DNA of 63,929 nt, filler included. It is 7 parts of 7 records of this genome, joined end to end, with 100 filler letters (N's around TTAATTAATTAA, not from the genome) between each part and the next. Parts side by side here need not be neighbours in the genome. Positions count along the whole stretch, not along the records: positions 28,242 to 35,085 come from SRR2962707_4217; positions 35,186 to 48,448 come from SRR2962707_4218; 5 more parts are not named here. The stretch is one strand, 5' to 3'. Both the position numbers and the translations under genes were made by a program. The notes below the pieces were generated by a model that saw only the letters and a program-made list of their open reading frames with translations, did no database searches and was not told the origin of the DNA. Within the stretch, counting starts at the first letter, position 1; every line of letters begins with the position of its first letter. This document shows, piece by piece, positions 30,558 through 39,962 of the stretch.

Positions 30558-33500
30558 TTATTTCGCACTTCCTTCAATTCCGCTGGGCGCTGCACCATGC
30601 GTCACGTCTTCTGGAATTTCACCGGTATCGGGAATGTCTTCTGCGGCACGCAGCTGGGTTTGCAATTTCAAACCGCCATCGGCACGGGCCGACACCAACG
30701 GTGCCAAAAGCAAGTAAAGAACCGGGGTCAGGAACAGAGTAAAGACCGTGGCAAAGCCAAGCCCGCCAAACACGACCCAACCAATCGCCGCACGGGCTTC
30801 TGCCCCGGCACCTGATCCCAACACCAATGGCAAGCCACCCAGAACGGTTGAAATCATCGTCATCATGATTGGCCGTAAACGCACCATGGCCGCATCGTGA
30901 ACCGCTTCGCGGACGGATTTACCTGCATCGCGCAACTGATCCGCAAATTCGACAACCAAAATACCGTTCTTGGCCATAAGCCCGACCAACATCACAAGCC
31001 CGATCTGGCTATAGATATTGATCGAGGTTCCGCTGAGTGCCAATGCATAGATCGCTGCCGCAAGCCCGAATGGCACGGTTAAAACCACCACCAAAGCAGA
31101 CATGAAGCTTTCAAATTGTGCGGCAAGAACAAGCAGCACAACAAGAACTGCGATCAAGAACGTGATTTGCACATCGTGCGATGCTTCGCCAAGGGCCGCA
31201 GCATCGCCCAGGAACAAAATTCCAATACCGGGTTGCAGGACTTTATCGGCAACTTCATTCACATCACTGACCGCGTCATCAAGCGTATAACCCGGTGCAA
31301 GATTGGCCGAAACTGTCACCGCACGTTGCTGGCCTTCGCGTTCAAGTTCGGATGCGACGGCTTCTTCACTCAGCGTTATGACCGAGGATAATGGCAGGAT
31401 GCGGCCATTGGTCCCACTGACAAACAGGTTTTCAAGATCGGATGGATCATTGATGCTGCCAACCGAACTGCGCAATTTGACCGGAATGTTCTGATCATCA
31501 ACATTGATGTCGGTGACTTCATATCCCTCGATCATTGCGCGTAACGTCGTATCAAGTTCGTCAATCTCAATGCCAAGATCAAAGGCGCGTTTGCGGTCAA
31601 TATTGACCAGAAGCTGTGGCTGGGTTGTCTGATAGGACACCCGCACACCGGTCAGATTGGGATAGTTGGCTTCAATTTCCTGCTGCATGGCGCGCGCATT
31701 GCCCGCCAGCGTGCGGTAATTCGTCCCGGTCAGGGCAAATTGCAAACCCTCACCCGTGCCGCCGCGTAACCCCAGACTGTTGGGCTGCCAGACAAACGCC
31801 TGAACGCCTGGAAGATCGTTCAGTTTTCCACGAATGCTGTTGGTGATGTCCTGCTGACTGCGAATGCGTTCATCCCATGGCACCAAAGGTGCGATGACCA
31901 GCGCACGGTTGGGATCCCACAGACCAACAATGGTGTAAATGTTATAAGCGTCGCCGGCCTCGACAACCGGGCGCAGAATGTTTTCAACCGCCTCGACCTG
32001 ACGGTCCATATAGTCGATACCAACCCCGTCAGGACCGCGCAGCGATACCAGAATGCGACCACGATCTTCTTCGGGCAGCAGTTCATTGGTCACCGTGTTA
32101 TAGGCACCAAACGCCAAACCACCGGCAACAACGCAAATCATCAAAGTGATAACGGGGCTTCGCAAAACCCATTCAAGGATATGGCGGTAAATTCCGGCAA
32201 AGAATATCCCGACGCGTTCCAGCAAATTCGGTTCGGCATCGGTATCGCCATCATGCGGATCGATATGTTTTAGGCGCGATGCCAGCATTGGGCACAATGA
32301 CAGTGCGATAAACGAAGATACCGCCACTGAAAAAGCCAACACAAAACCAAATTCGCGGAACAATCGCCCTGCCGTACTTGGCAGGAATGAAATCGGCACA
32401 AACACCGAAATCAACGTCAGTGTGGTGGCAATCACGGCAAAGAAAACCTGCCGGGTGCCCAGCACGGCGGCGGCCATCGACCCAAGCCCCTGATGACGGC
32501 GACGCTGGATGTTTTCCAGAACGACAATCGCATCATCAACAATCATCCCGGTGGCCAGAACAAGAGCAAGCAAGGTCAGAATATTGATCGAAAAGCCCAT
32601 CGCCCAAATTGCCGCCACCGTCCCGATCAGGGCAATCGGAATGGTCACGGTCGGGATCAATGTCGCGGTAAAGGAACGCAGGAACAGATACAGCACGCCG
32701 ATAACGATAATGATCGCCAAGGCAAGGCTGAAGATCACTTCCCAAAGCGCACCTTCAATAAACACCGCATCGTCGGAGTTAACAAACACGTTGATGTCGT
32801 CATACTGGCTGTTCAGCCGTTCAACGACATCTCGCACACCGTTGGAAATCGCAATTGTATTTGATTGTGCCTGACGGACAACGCCAAGCCCGATCACTGC
32901 ACGCCCATCAAGGCGCACATAGGAAGACGCATCATCGGGGCCGTAATAGATGTCGGCCACATCCCCAAGGCGAATGGCACCGCGAACAAGCATCTGATTT
33001 AGCTTATCGACTTCCCAAACGGATGCATCGGCGCGGACAAACAATTTCTGATCGGTTGATTCAAAGCTTCCGGCGGGAATATCAAACTGTGCCGTTTTCA
33101 AAACATTGGCAATGTCTTGAACCGACAGCCCGTAACTGGCGATCCGAAGCGGATCAATCCGCACATGCAGGACCTTTTCACGGTCCCCGTTTACCGTAAT
33201 TTCGGCAACACCGGGCACCGCCAACAGGGCCGGACTGATCTGATCATCAACAATATTGGCCAGTTCTTCTTCGGTCAGGCGGTTGCTGACAACCGCCATG
33301 CGCATGATCGCACTGGCGTCGGCATCGGCCTTGATCACGCGGACATCTTCTACCCCGTCGGGCAGGCTGCGCGATGCGCGGCTGACTGCTTCGCGAATGT
33401 CGCTGGCAGCATCGTTGATTTCAATATCGGGATAAAATTCGATGCGAACACGGGCATTGCCCTCTTCGCTTTGGGAATTGATGTCCTTGACACCACTGAC

Positions 33501-33749
33501 CCGTGAAGCGGCACTTTCGAGAACCGAGGTGACTTCGGCATCGACCGTTTCCGGCGAAGCACCGCTATAATTGGCGGTGATGGTGACGGTTGGGCGGTCC
33601 ACATTGGGAAGTTCGCGAATTTCGACACCCAACATCGCCGCAAGACCGGCAAGAATGATCAAAAGAGCGACCACACAAACAAGAACCGGCCGCCGAATGC
33701 TTAGCGACGCAAGATCATTGTGGTCCTGATTACCGGGCTTGTCCGTCAT
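30558..33749 (-). CDS. RND efflux permease (AcrB/HAE1 family)
   Basis: SIRRPV, GMIVDDAIVVLENI, GLMAKNGILVVEFA, RLRPIMMT; 1063 aa. Confidence 0.95.
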   Translation of the reverse strand: MTDKPGNQDHNDLASLSIRRPVLVCVVALLIILAGLAAMLGVEIRELPNVDRPTVTITANYSGASPETVDAEVTSVLESAASRVSGVKDINSQSEEGNARVRIEFYPDIEINDAASDIREAVSRASRSLPDGVEDVRVIKADADASAIMRMAVVSNRLTEEELANIVDDQISPALLAVPGVAEITVNGDREKVLHVRIDPLRIASYGLSVQDIANVLKTAQFDIPAGSFESTDQKLFVRADASVWEVDKLNQMLVRGAIRLGDVADIYYGPDDASSYVRLDGRAVIGLGVVRQAQSNTIAISNGVRDVVERLNSQYDDINVFVNSDDAVFIEGALWEVIFSLALAIIIVIGVLYLFLRSFTATLIPTVTIPIALIGTVAAIWAMGFSINILTLLALVLATGMIVDDAIVVLENIQRRRHQGLGSMAAAVLGTRQVFFAVIATTLTLISVFVPISFLPSTAGRLFREFGFVLAFSVAVSSFIALSLCPMLASRLKHIDPHDGDTDAEPNLLERVGIFFAGIYRHILEWVLRSPVITLMICVVAGGLAFGAYNTVTNELLPEEDRGRILVSLRGPDGVGIDYMDRQVEAVENILRPVVEAGDAYNIYTIVGLWDPNRALVIAPLVPWDERIRSQQDITNSIRGKLNDLPGVQAFVWQPNSLGLRGGTGEGLQFALTGTNYRTLAGNARAMQQEIEANYPNLTGVRVSYQTTQPQLLVNIDRKRAFDLGIEIDELDTTLRAMIEGYEVTDINVDDQNIPVKLRSSVGSINDPSDLENLFVSGTNGRILPLSSVITLSEEAVASELEREGQQRAVTVSANLAPGYTLDDAVSDVNEVADKVLQPGIGILFLGDAAALGEASHDVQITFLIAVLVVLLVLAAQFESFMSALVVVLTVPFGLAAAIYALALSGTSINIYSQIGLVMLVGLMAKNGILVVEFADQLRDAGKSVREAVHDAAMVRLRPIMMTMISTVLGGLPLVLGSGAGAEARAAIGWVVFGGLGFATVFTLFLTPVLYLLLAPLVSARADGGLKLQTQLRAAEDIPDTGEIPEDVTHGAAPSGIEGSAK

Positions 33750-33751
33750 GA

Positions 33752-34897
33752 TCAGGATCCTTCACCATCACCCTCGCGGGCGGCAACACCGGTTTGATCA
33801 TCACCGCGAATGGATGCAGTAACGGTGCGGCCCGGCCGCAGACGCAAGACACCCTCGACAACGATCAAGTCACCTTCGGATACCCCGCCATCAAGCAAGA
33901 TGCGGCCATTGGTACGTTTCACGACACGGACAGGAACACGTGAAACTTTTTCATCCTTAATCCGCCAGACATAGGTGCCACCGTCGCCCCACAGGACCGA
34001 AATTTCGGCAACAGAAGGATATTTTTTGCCTTCGATATCGACATAAACGGCAAAGGACATCCCCGACAGCAACCGCGCATTCGGGTTCGGCACCCGCGCA
34101 CGCACGTTAAAGGTCCGGCTTTCCGGATCGATACGGCTGCCGATGGATTCAACAACGCCGGTAAACAGCTCGCCCGGCAAGCTCCATGTTTCGACCCGAA
34201 CCGACTGACCGGGTTTTACATTGTCAAACCGGGTTTCCGCGACTTCGAAATCGACCAGAATGCTATCGATGTTATCAAGGGTGAGCAGAATGGTTGAACT
34301 ATCAACCCGGTCGCCTGCTTCGACTTGTGGGATACCGATAATGCCATCAAACGGGGCGAGAATGGTGCGATCTGCCAAATTGACTTCGGCCTGATCAAGC
34401 TGAATTTTTGCTTCTGCAAGGGCGGTACGCGCACTGTCGACTTCGCTGGCGGCAACAGCCCCCAATGGGCGAGCCTGTTCATAGCGCCCCAAAAGTTGCT
34501 GGGCATCTTTGGCCTGAACAGCAGCCAGATCGCGGGCAAGGCGTTCACGTTCGGAATTCAGGATAACAAGAACCTGCCCCTTGGTAACTTCGTCACCGGC
34601 GCGAACCAATACATCAGATACTTCACCAGATACCGCCGGATAGATTGAAACGCCCAATGCTGATTTGCCGGTCCCGACAGATTCAACCACGGTTGTTTCA
34701 TCCATCATGCTGGCATATTCGGCAATCACCGGCAAACCGCGCTCGGCACCATTGCCACCGGCCCGTTGTCCAGCCTGTTGTGATTGTCCAGCCGGTGACA
34801 CAAGAGCGATGATGTCGTCCTTGGCAAAGATATAGGCAGATGCCGCCACTGCGATCAGTACGACACCTGCGATCAGAAGCGTTGATTTACGCGCCAT
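33752..34897 (-). CDS. RND periplasmic adaptor (membrane fusion protein)
   Basis: N-terminal TM, lipoyl-like GDEVTKGQVL, ILAPFDG and SRIDPESRTF. Start MARKST. Confidence 0.92.
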   Translation of the reverse strand: MARKSTLLIAGVVLIAVAASAYIFAKDDIIALVSPAGQSQQAGQRAGGNGAERGLPVIAEYASMMDETTVVESVGTGKSALGVSIYPAVSGEVSDVLVRAGDEVTKGQVLVILNSERERLARDLAAVQAKDAQQLLGRYEQARPLGAVAASEVDSARTALAEAKIQLDQAEVNLADRTILAPFDGIIGIPQVEAGDRVDSSTILLTLDNIDSILVDFEVAETRFDNVKPGQSVRVETWSLPGELFTGVVESIGSRIDPESRTFNVRARVPNPNARLLSGMSFAVYVDIEGKKYPSVAEISVLWGDGGTYVWRIKDEKVSRVPVRVVKRTNGRILLDGGVSEGDLIVVEGVLRLRPGRTVTASIRGDDQTGVAAREGDGEGS

Positions 34898-35085
34898 CGC
34901 ATTGATACTTCCAAGTCGGGCCAGATCAAATGATCGTCCCCGTGAGAGCCCCATTCCCGTCTGGGAAAACTTCTGTATTTCAATTTATTACCCGAAAGGG
35001 ACGATTATTCTTTTTCGAAATACGTATGTCGGGAAAGATATTGCAACCTGCCTGTCAGAACCACACAAAAAGTGTATCAGAAACG

Positions 35086-35185
35086 NNNNNNNNNNNNNNN
35101 NNNNNNNNNNNNNNNNNNNNNNNNNNNNNTTAATTAATTAANNNNNNNNNNNNNNNNNNNNNNNNNNNNNNNNNNNNNNNNNNNN
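35086..35185. other. Artificial contig linker
   Basis: 44 N + TTAATTAATTAA + 44 N. Confidence 0.98.
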
Positions 35186-35204
35186 GCAGGGCAAGCTCCT
35201 ACAG
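35186..35204. repeat. Partial GTAG-type REP element at the contig start
   Basis: GCAGGGCAAGCTCCTACAG; the 15-mer GCAGGGCAAGCTCCT recurs at 39926-39940. Confidence 0.7.
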
Positions 35205-35244
35205 CGGCTTCGTAGATCGGTCTGTGGGAAGCGGCCTTAAGTGA

Positions 35245-35838
35245 TCAGCTGTAGTAGGCGTTGTCGGTAACGCTGTGGTCGGTCTTGTCCCGCACGCCGG
35301 TCAGTTCCGGCAGGCGCTCCTTGAGGGTGCGCTCCACGCCGTCACGCAGAGTGACATCCACCACGGAGCAGCCCTGGCAGCCGCCGCCGAATTCCAGCAC
35401 TGCCACATTGTCCTCGGTCAATTCCAGCAACTGCACACTGCCACCGTGAGCCGCCAGATTCGGGTTGATCTCGGCGTACAGCACATAGTTGATGCGTTCT
35501 TCCAGACTGGCATCCGGGCTTATGTCGGGGACCCGGGACTTGGGCGCGCGGAAGGTCAGCTGGCCGCCCATGCTGTCCTTCTTGTAATCGATCACCGCGT
35601 CCTCGAGGTAGCGTACGCTCTTGCCCTCGATCCAGGCATGAAAGCCTTCGTAGTCATAGCGCACGTCCCCGTCTTCCTGCTCATCCGGCGGGCAATACGC
35701 CATGCAGCATTCGGCATGGGGAGTGCCGGGGCGTTCGACGAAGATGCGCACACCCATGCCCTCCTGGTCCTGCTTGGAAAGCAGGTCGCGGAGGTAATCC
35801 TGGGCGCTGTCGGTGATGCGGATCAGTTCTTCGCTCAT
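35245..35838 (-). CDS. nfuA: Fe-S cluster carrier NfuA
   Basis: Degenerate A-type N-domain (PGTPHAECCMAYC) plus NifU domain INPNLAAHGG and GGGCQGC. Confidence 0.95.
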   Translation of the reverse strand: MSEELIRITDSAQDYLRDLLSKQDQEGMGVRIFVERPGTPHAECCMAYCPPDEQEDGDVRYDYEGFHAWIEGKSVRYLEDAVIDYKKDSMGGQLTFRAPKSRVPDISPDASLEERINYVLYAEINPNLAAHGGSVQLLELTEDNVAVLEFGGGCQGCSVVDVTLRDGVERTLKERLPELTGVRDKTDHSVTDNAYYS

Positions 35839-35857
35839 TCCGGTTTCCGGTTGGGGT

Positions 35858-35883
35858 ATTTCCTGACTATTTTAGTCAGGTAC
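35858..35883 (-). promoter_or_regulatory. IscR type-1 binding site upstream of nfuA
   Basis: Perfect palindrome CCTGACTA-TTT-TAGTCAGG (35862-35880). The minus strand GTACCTGACTAAAATAGTCAGGAAAT fits the IscR type-1 consensus ATASYYGACTRWWWYAGTCRRSTAT. Confidence 0.8.
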
Positions 35884-35934
35884 TGCGTGGTTGCAATGGG
35901 GAGGCGTTTTTCTCCGGGTTGATCCTGGGGGCCG

Positions 35935-35992
35935 AGAGCCTGTTTATAGTCTTTACGCCGCCGCGGTGGCGTAAAGACTATAAACAGGCTCT
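35935..35992. repeat. 58-bp near-perfect palindrome, MITE-like
   Basis: 25-bp perfect arms AGAGCCTGTTTATAGTCTTTACGCC and GGCGTAAAGACTATAAACAGGCTCT around the 8-nt centre GCCGCGGT. Confidence 0.8.
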
Positions 35993-36041
35993 GGGACTTT
36001 CTGGTATGGTTGCCGCTTTCGTCAAAAAGCCAGAAATCACC

Positions 36042-37367
36042 GTGCCTCCACTGCATCGAAGCCGTCGCGTCCTTGCCCTGGGGCTGCCCATCATGGCGGC
36101 CATGATAAGCCAGAGCCTGCTGAATCTGGTCGACGCCGCTCTGGTCGGGCGGCTCGGCGGTGATGCCCTGGCCGGCGTCGGCCTGGGCGGCTATGCCGCC
36201 TTCCTGTCGATCAGCGTGGTGATCGGGCTCGGCGCAGGGGTTCAGGCCATGGTGGCGCGGCGCAAAGGGGAAGGCGACGAGCGTCAATATGCCTTGCCCT
36301 TGAACGCCGGATTGCTGGTGGGACTGGTGCTGTCATTGCCGCTGACCGCCCTGTTCTTGGCGATCAGCGGGCCGATGATGCATTTTCTTGCCCCCAATGC
36401 GCCGGTGGCCGGACTGGCGGAGGGCTACTTTGACATGCGCCTGCTGGGCATCTGGGCGGTGGCGATGAATTTTTGCTATCGCGGCTATTGGAACGGCATC
36501 AGCCGCTCCGCGGTGTACATGCGCACCCTGATCACCACCCATGTGGCCAACGTGGTGCTCAGCTACGGCCTGATCTTTGGCCGTCTCGGCCTGCCGGAAA
36601 TGGGCGCCGCCGGCGCTGGCCTCGGCACCACCTTGTCCCTGTATCTCGGCAGCCTGCTTTACTTACTGCAAACCTGGAAACTGGGGCGCGAGCACGGTTT
36701 CATGACCGCCTGGCCCTCCGCCTACACCCTGCGCAGCATCGCCAGGGTCAGTATTCCCAACTCAGTGCAGCAGTTCTTCTTCTCCGCCGGTCTTACCGTG
36801 CTGTTCTGGATCATCGGCATGGTCGGTGCCGATGAAGTGGCGGTGGCCCACGTGCTGATCACCTTGATTCTCCTGCTGATTCTGCCGGCCATCGGTCTCG
36901 GGCTGGCCGCCGCGTCGCTGGTGGGTCAGGCGCTGGGACGCCGGGATGCCGCCGACGCTTATCGCTGGGGCTGGGACGTCACCTGGCTGGCGGTGCTGAT
37001 GCTGTTCGTCACCGCGCTGCCTATGTGGCTGGTGCCGGAGTGGATTCTGGGTTTGTTCCTGCATCAGCCGGATCTGGTGGCGCTCGGACGGGTGCCGCTG
37101 ATGATCACCGGACTGGCGATCTGCCTGGACGGCGCGGCCATTATTTTCACCCAGGCTTTGCTGGGGGCCGGCGCATCCCGGTCGGTAATGATGGTCACCC
37201 TTGTAGTACAATGGTGCCTGTTCCTGCCGTTGGCCTATATCATTGGCCCCTGGCTGGGATTCGGCCTGCTCGGTATCTGGCTGGCCCAGGCCCTGCAACG
37301 GCTGGTGACCTCCTCCCTGCTGGGAGGGCTGTGGGTTCGCCGGAGCTGGGCTCACATTCAATTATGA
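36042..37367 (+). CDS. MATE family efflux transporter (start uncertain; GTG 36042 chosen)
   Basis: LNLVDAALVGRLG, LIFGRLGLPEMGAAGAG and two internal repeats of TM bundles. Confidence 0.9.
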   Translation: MPPLHRSRRVLALGLPIMAAMISQSLLNLVDAALVGRLGGDALAGVGLGGYAAFLSISVVIGLGAGVQAMVARRKGEGDERQYALPLNAGLLVGLVLSLPLTALFLAISGPMMHFLAPNAPVAGLAEGYFDMRLLGIWAVAMNFCYRGYWNGISRSAVYMRTLITTHVANVVLSYGLIFGRLGLPEMGAAGAGLGTTLSLYLGSLLYLLQTWKLGREHGFMTAWPSAYTLRSIARVSIPNSVQQFFFSAGLTVLFWIIGMVGADEVAVAHVLITLILLLILPAIGLGLAAASLVGQALGRRDAADAYRWGWDVTWLAVLMLFVTALPMWLVPEWILGLFLHQPDLVALGRVPLMITGLAICLDGAAIIFTQALLGAGASRSVMMVTLVVQWCLFLPLAYIIGPWLGFGLLGIWLAQALQRLVTSSLLGGLWVRRSWAHIQL

Positions 37368-37377
37368 TGAGGTCTTC

Positions 37378-37602
37378 ATGAGCGATCAGAACAATTCCGG
37401 CTCGGACCGCCCCAACTTCCTGCAAGTGTTGAAAAGCATTCTTGCCGGACTGTTCGGCGTGCAGAGCCACGCCAACCGCGAGCGGGATTTTAACAAAGGC
37501 AATCCCGGCGATTATATCGGCGTTTATGTGATCCTGGTGCTGGCTCTGGTGATCGGTGTTTTCGTGGTAGTGAAAATGGTTCTCAGTGCCGCGGGATCAT
37601 AG
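37378..37602 (+). CDS. DUF2970 family small membrane protein
   Basis: SILAGLFGVQSHANRERDF..GNP motif and a C-terminal TM. Confidence 0.85.
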   Translation: MSDQNNSGSDRPNFLQVLKSILAGLFGVQSHANRERDFNKGNPGDYIGVYVILVLALVIGVFVVVKMVLSAAGS

Positions 37603-37733
37603 CGGAACACACTAGGGATATAGCGATATATTTCTTTTAAGTATAAAAACCCTTTGCTAAAGTTCGCGCCACTCGGAATTGTAAGCCGCCAAACGGCTTG
37701 CAAATCAACGAATTAACACGGCGCGACACAGCA

Positions 37734-39383
37734 ATGTACGTATATCAGGACTATGACCAACGGCTTCTGGAAGAGCGGGTGGCACAGTACCGTGACCAGA
37801 CCCGGCGTTACCTGGCGGGCCAACTGAGCGAGGACGAATTCCTCGCCCTGCGGCTGCAGAACGGGCTCTACATCCAGCGCTATGCGCCGATGATGCGTAT
37901 CTCCGTACCTTACGGCATGCTCAATACCACCCAGGTACGCAAGCTGGCGTCCATTACCCGTGATTACGACAAGGGCTTCTGCCACGTCAGTACCCGTCAA
38001 AACATCCAGTTGAACTGGCCGGAAGTGGCGGACACTCCCGACATCCTCGCCGAGCTGGCCAGCGTGCAAATGCACGCCATTCAAACCAGCGGCAACTGCA
38101 TTCGCAACATCACCACCGACGAGTACGCCGGCGTTAATCCGCGTGAAATCGAAGACCCGCGCCCCTGGTGTGAAGTGATCCGCCAGTGGGCCACCTTCAA
38201 CCCGGAATTCGCCTATCTGCCACGCAAATTCAAGATCGCCGTGAACGCGGTGCCGGACGCGGATCCGGCCTTGATCGGCGTGCACGATATTGGCGTGCAG
38301 ATCGTGCACGACCACGACGGCGAAACCGGCTTCCAGGTCTGGGCGGGCGGTGGTCTCGGCCGCACCCCGATGACCGGCGAAGTCATCGGCGAGTTTGTCG
38401 CCTGGCCGGATCTGCTTGCCTATCTGGAAGCGATTCTGCGGGTGTACAACAAGTACGGTAATCGTGACAACAAGTACAAAGCCCGCATCAAGATTCTGGT
38501 GAAAGCTCTGGGCGCGGATAAATTCCGTGAGCTTGCGGAAGCCGAATTCGCCGAACTGAAAGGCGGTGCGATGACGCTGACCCGGGAAGAGGTGGCTCGA
38601 ATCAAGGCCTGCTTCGTGGATCCGGATTACCGCACCGATGTGGACACCGCCGCCCTGCGCAACGCGCTGGATCAGCATCGCGCTTTCAACCGCTGGTACC
38701 ACACCAATACCCGTGCCCATAAAAAGGACGGCTATCGGTCAGTGACTCTGACGTTGAAGAAGACGGGCCGGATCCCCGGTGACATTACCGATGAACAGCT
38801 GGAAGCGGTGGCCGACCTGGCGGACCGTTATGCGTTCTCCGAAGTGCGCACCACGCACCAGCAAAACATGGTTCTGGCCGATGTCGCCGAGGACGAGCTG
38901 TATGATCTCTGGCGGCAACTGGATGCGCTCGGGTTCGCCACTCCGAACCTGGGGCTGATCACCGACATCGTGTCCTGCCCCGGCGGTGACCTGTGCGCCC
39001 TGGCCAACGCCAAGTCCGTGCCGATCGCCGAGGGCATACAGCGTCAGTTCGACGACCTGGATTTCGTTCATGATCTGGGGCCGCTGGACGTCAATATTTC
39101 TGGCTGCATGAACGCCTGCGGTCATCACCATATTGGCCATATCGGTATTCTCGGCGTGGACAAGAAAGGCAAGGAGTTCTACCAGATCACCCTGGGTGGT
39201 CGCGGTGACCGCCAATCCCGCATTGGCGAAAAAATGGGGCCGTCCTTCGAGTCCCACGAGGTTACCGGGGTGATCGGCAAGATCATTCGCGTGTACCTGG
39301 ACAACCGTCTGGAAAACGAGCCTTTCATCAGCACGTACGAGCGTATCGGCATGGACCCGTTCAAGGAGGTGGTATATGGCTAA
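37734..39383 (+). CDS. cysI: Nitrite/sulfite reductase hemoprotein (Pseudomonas CysI type)
   Basis: RLQNGLY, TRQNIQ, TSGNCIRN, LPRKFKIA, and siroheme/4Fe-4S motifs CPGGDLC and SGCMNACG. Followed by DUF934. Confidence 0.9.
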   Translation: MYVYQDYDQRLLEERVAQYRDQTRRYLAGQLSEDEFLALRLQNGLYIQRYAPMMRISVPYGMLNTTQVRKLASITRDYDKGFCHVSTRQNIQLNWPEVADTPDILAELASVQMHAIQTSGNCIRNITTDEYAGVNPREIEDPRPWCEVIRQWATFNPEFAYLPRKFKIAVNAVPDADPALIGVHDIGVQIVHDHDGETGFQVWAGGGLGRTPMTGEVIGEFVAWPDLLAYLEAILRVYNKYGNRDNKYKARIKILVKALGADKFRELAEAEFAELKGGAMTLTREEVARIKACFVDPDYRTDVDTAALRNALDQHRAFNRWYHTNTRAHKKDGYRSVTLTLKKTGRIPGDITDEQLEAVADLADRYAFSEVRTTHQQNMVLADVAEDELYDLWRQLDALGFATPNLGLITDIVSCPGGDLCALANAKSVPIAEGIQRQFDDLDFVHDLGPLDVNISGCMNACGHHHIGHIGILGVDKKGKEFYQITLGGRGDRQSRIGEKMGPSFESHEVTGVIGKIIRVYLDNRLENEPFISTYERIGMDPFKEVVYG

Positions 39384-39879
39384 GGTGATCGTCAACGGCG
39401 AAATCGTCGAGAACACCTGGCGACGGCTGACCTCCGAGGAACTGGAGCAGCAAGATGTTCCGGCGGAAGGCGCGGTGATCGTGCCGCTGGCCTATTGGCT
39501 GGCCCATCGTGATGCCCTGCTGGAGCGCGCCGCGCCGGTGGGGGTGTGCCTGGAACCCGGCGAGGAGCCGGCGGACCTGGCCGCGGACCTGCCCGCCCTG
39601 CCCCTGGTGGCGGTCAATTTCCCTGCTTTCAAGGATGGCCGTGGCTATTCCTACGCCCGTGAGTTGCGTACCCGCTATGGCTTTGAAGGTGAAGTCCGGG
39701 CGGTGGGCGATGTGCTGCAGGATCAGTTGTTCTACATGCACCGGGTCGGCTTCAATGCCTTCGAGGTGCGTGCCGACCGTGACATCGAGGAAGCCCTGAA
39801 CGGGCTGCGTCCGTTCTCGGTGACCTACCAGGGCGATGTCCATGACGAGCGCCCGATTTATCGCCGTCAGTCAGCCTGA
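39376..39879 (+). CDS. DUF934 family protein (usual sulfite-reductase partner)
   Basis: FPAFKDGRGYSYARELR and RAVGDVLQDQ; overlaps the cysI stop. Confidence 0.92.
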   Translation: MAKVIVNGEIVENTWRRLTSEELEQQDVPAEGAVIVPLAYWLAHRDALLERAAPVGVCLEPGEEPADLAADLPALPLVAVNFPAFKDGRGYSYARELRTRYGFEGEVRAVGDVLQDQLFYMHRVGFNAFEVRADRDIEEALNGLRPFSVTYQGDVHDERPIYRRQSA

Positions 39880-39887
39880 TCTCCGTG

Positions 39888-39944
39888 CTGTAAGAGCTTG
39901 CCCCGCGCGATCCTGCTATTCGCCCGCAGGGCAAGCTCCTCCAG
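39888..39944. repeat. Degenerate inverted REP doublet between convergent genes
   Basis: CTGTAAGAGCTTGCCCCGCG...TTCGCCCGCAGGGCAAGCTCCTCCAG; shares sequence with the contig-start REP. Confidence 0.7.
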
Positions 39945-39962
39945 TGGCCATCTTATCCCGAT

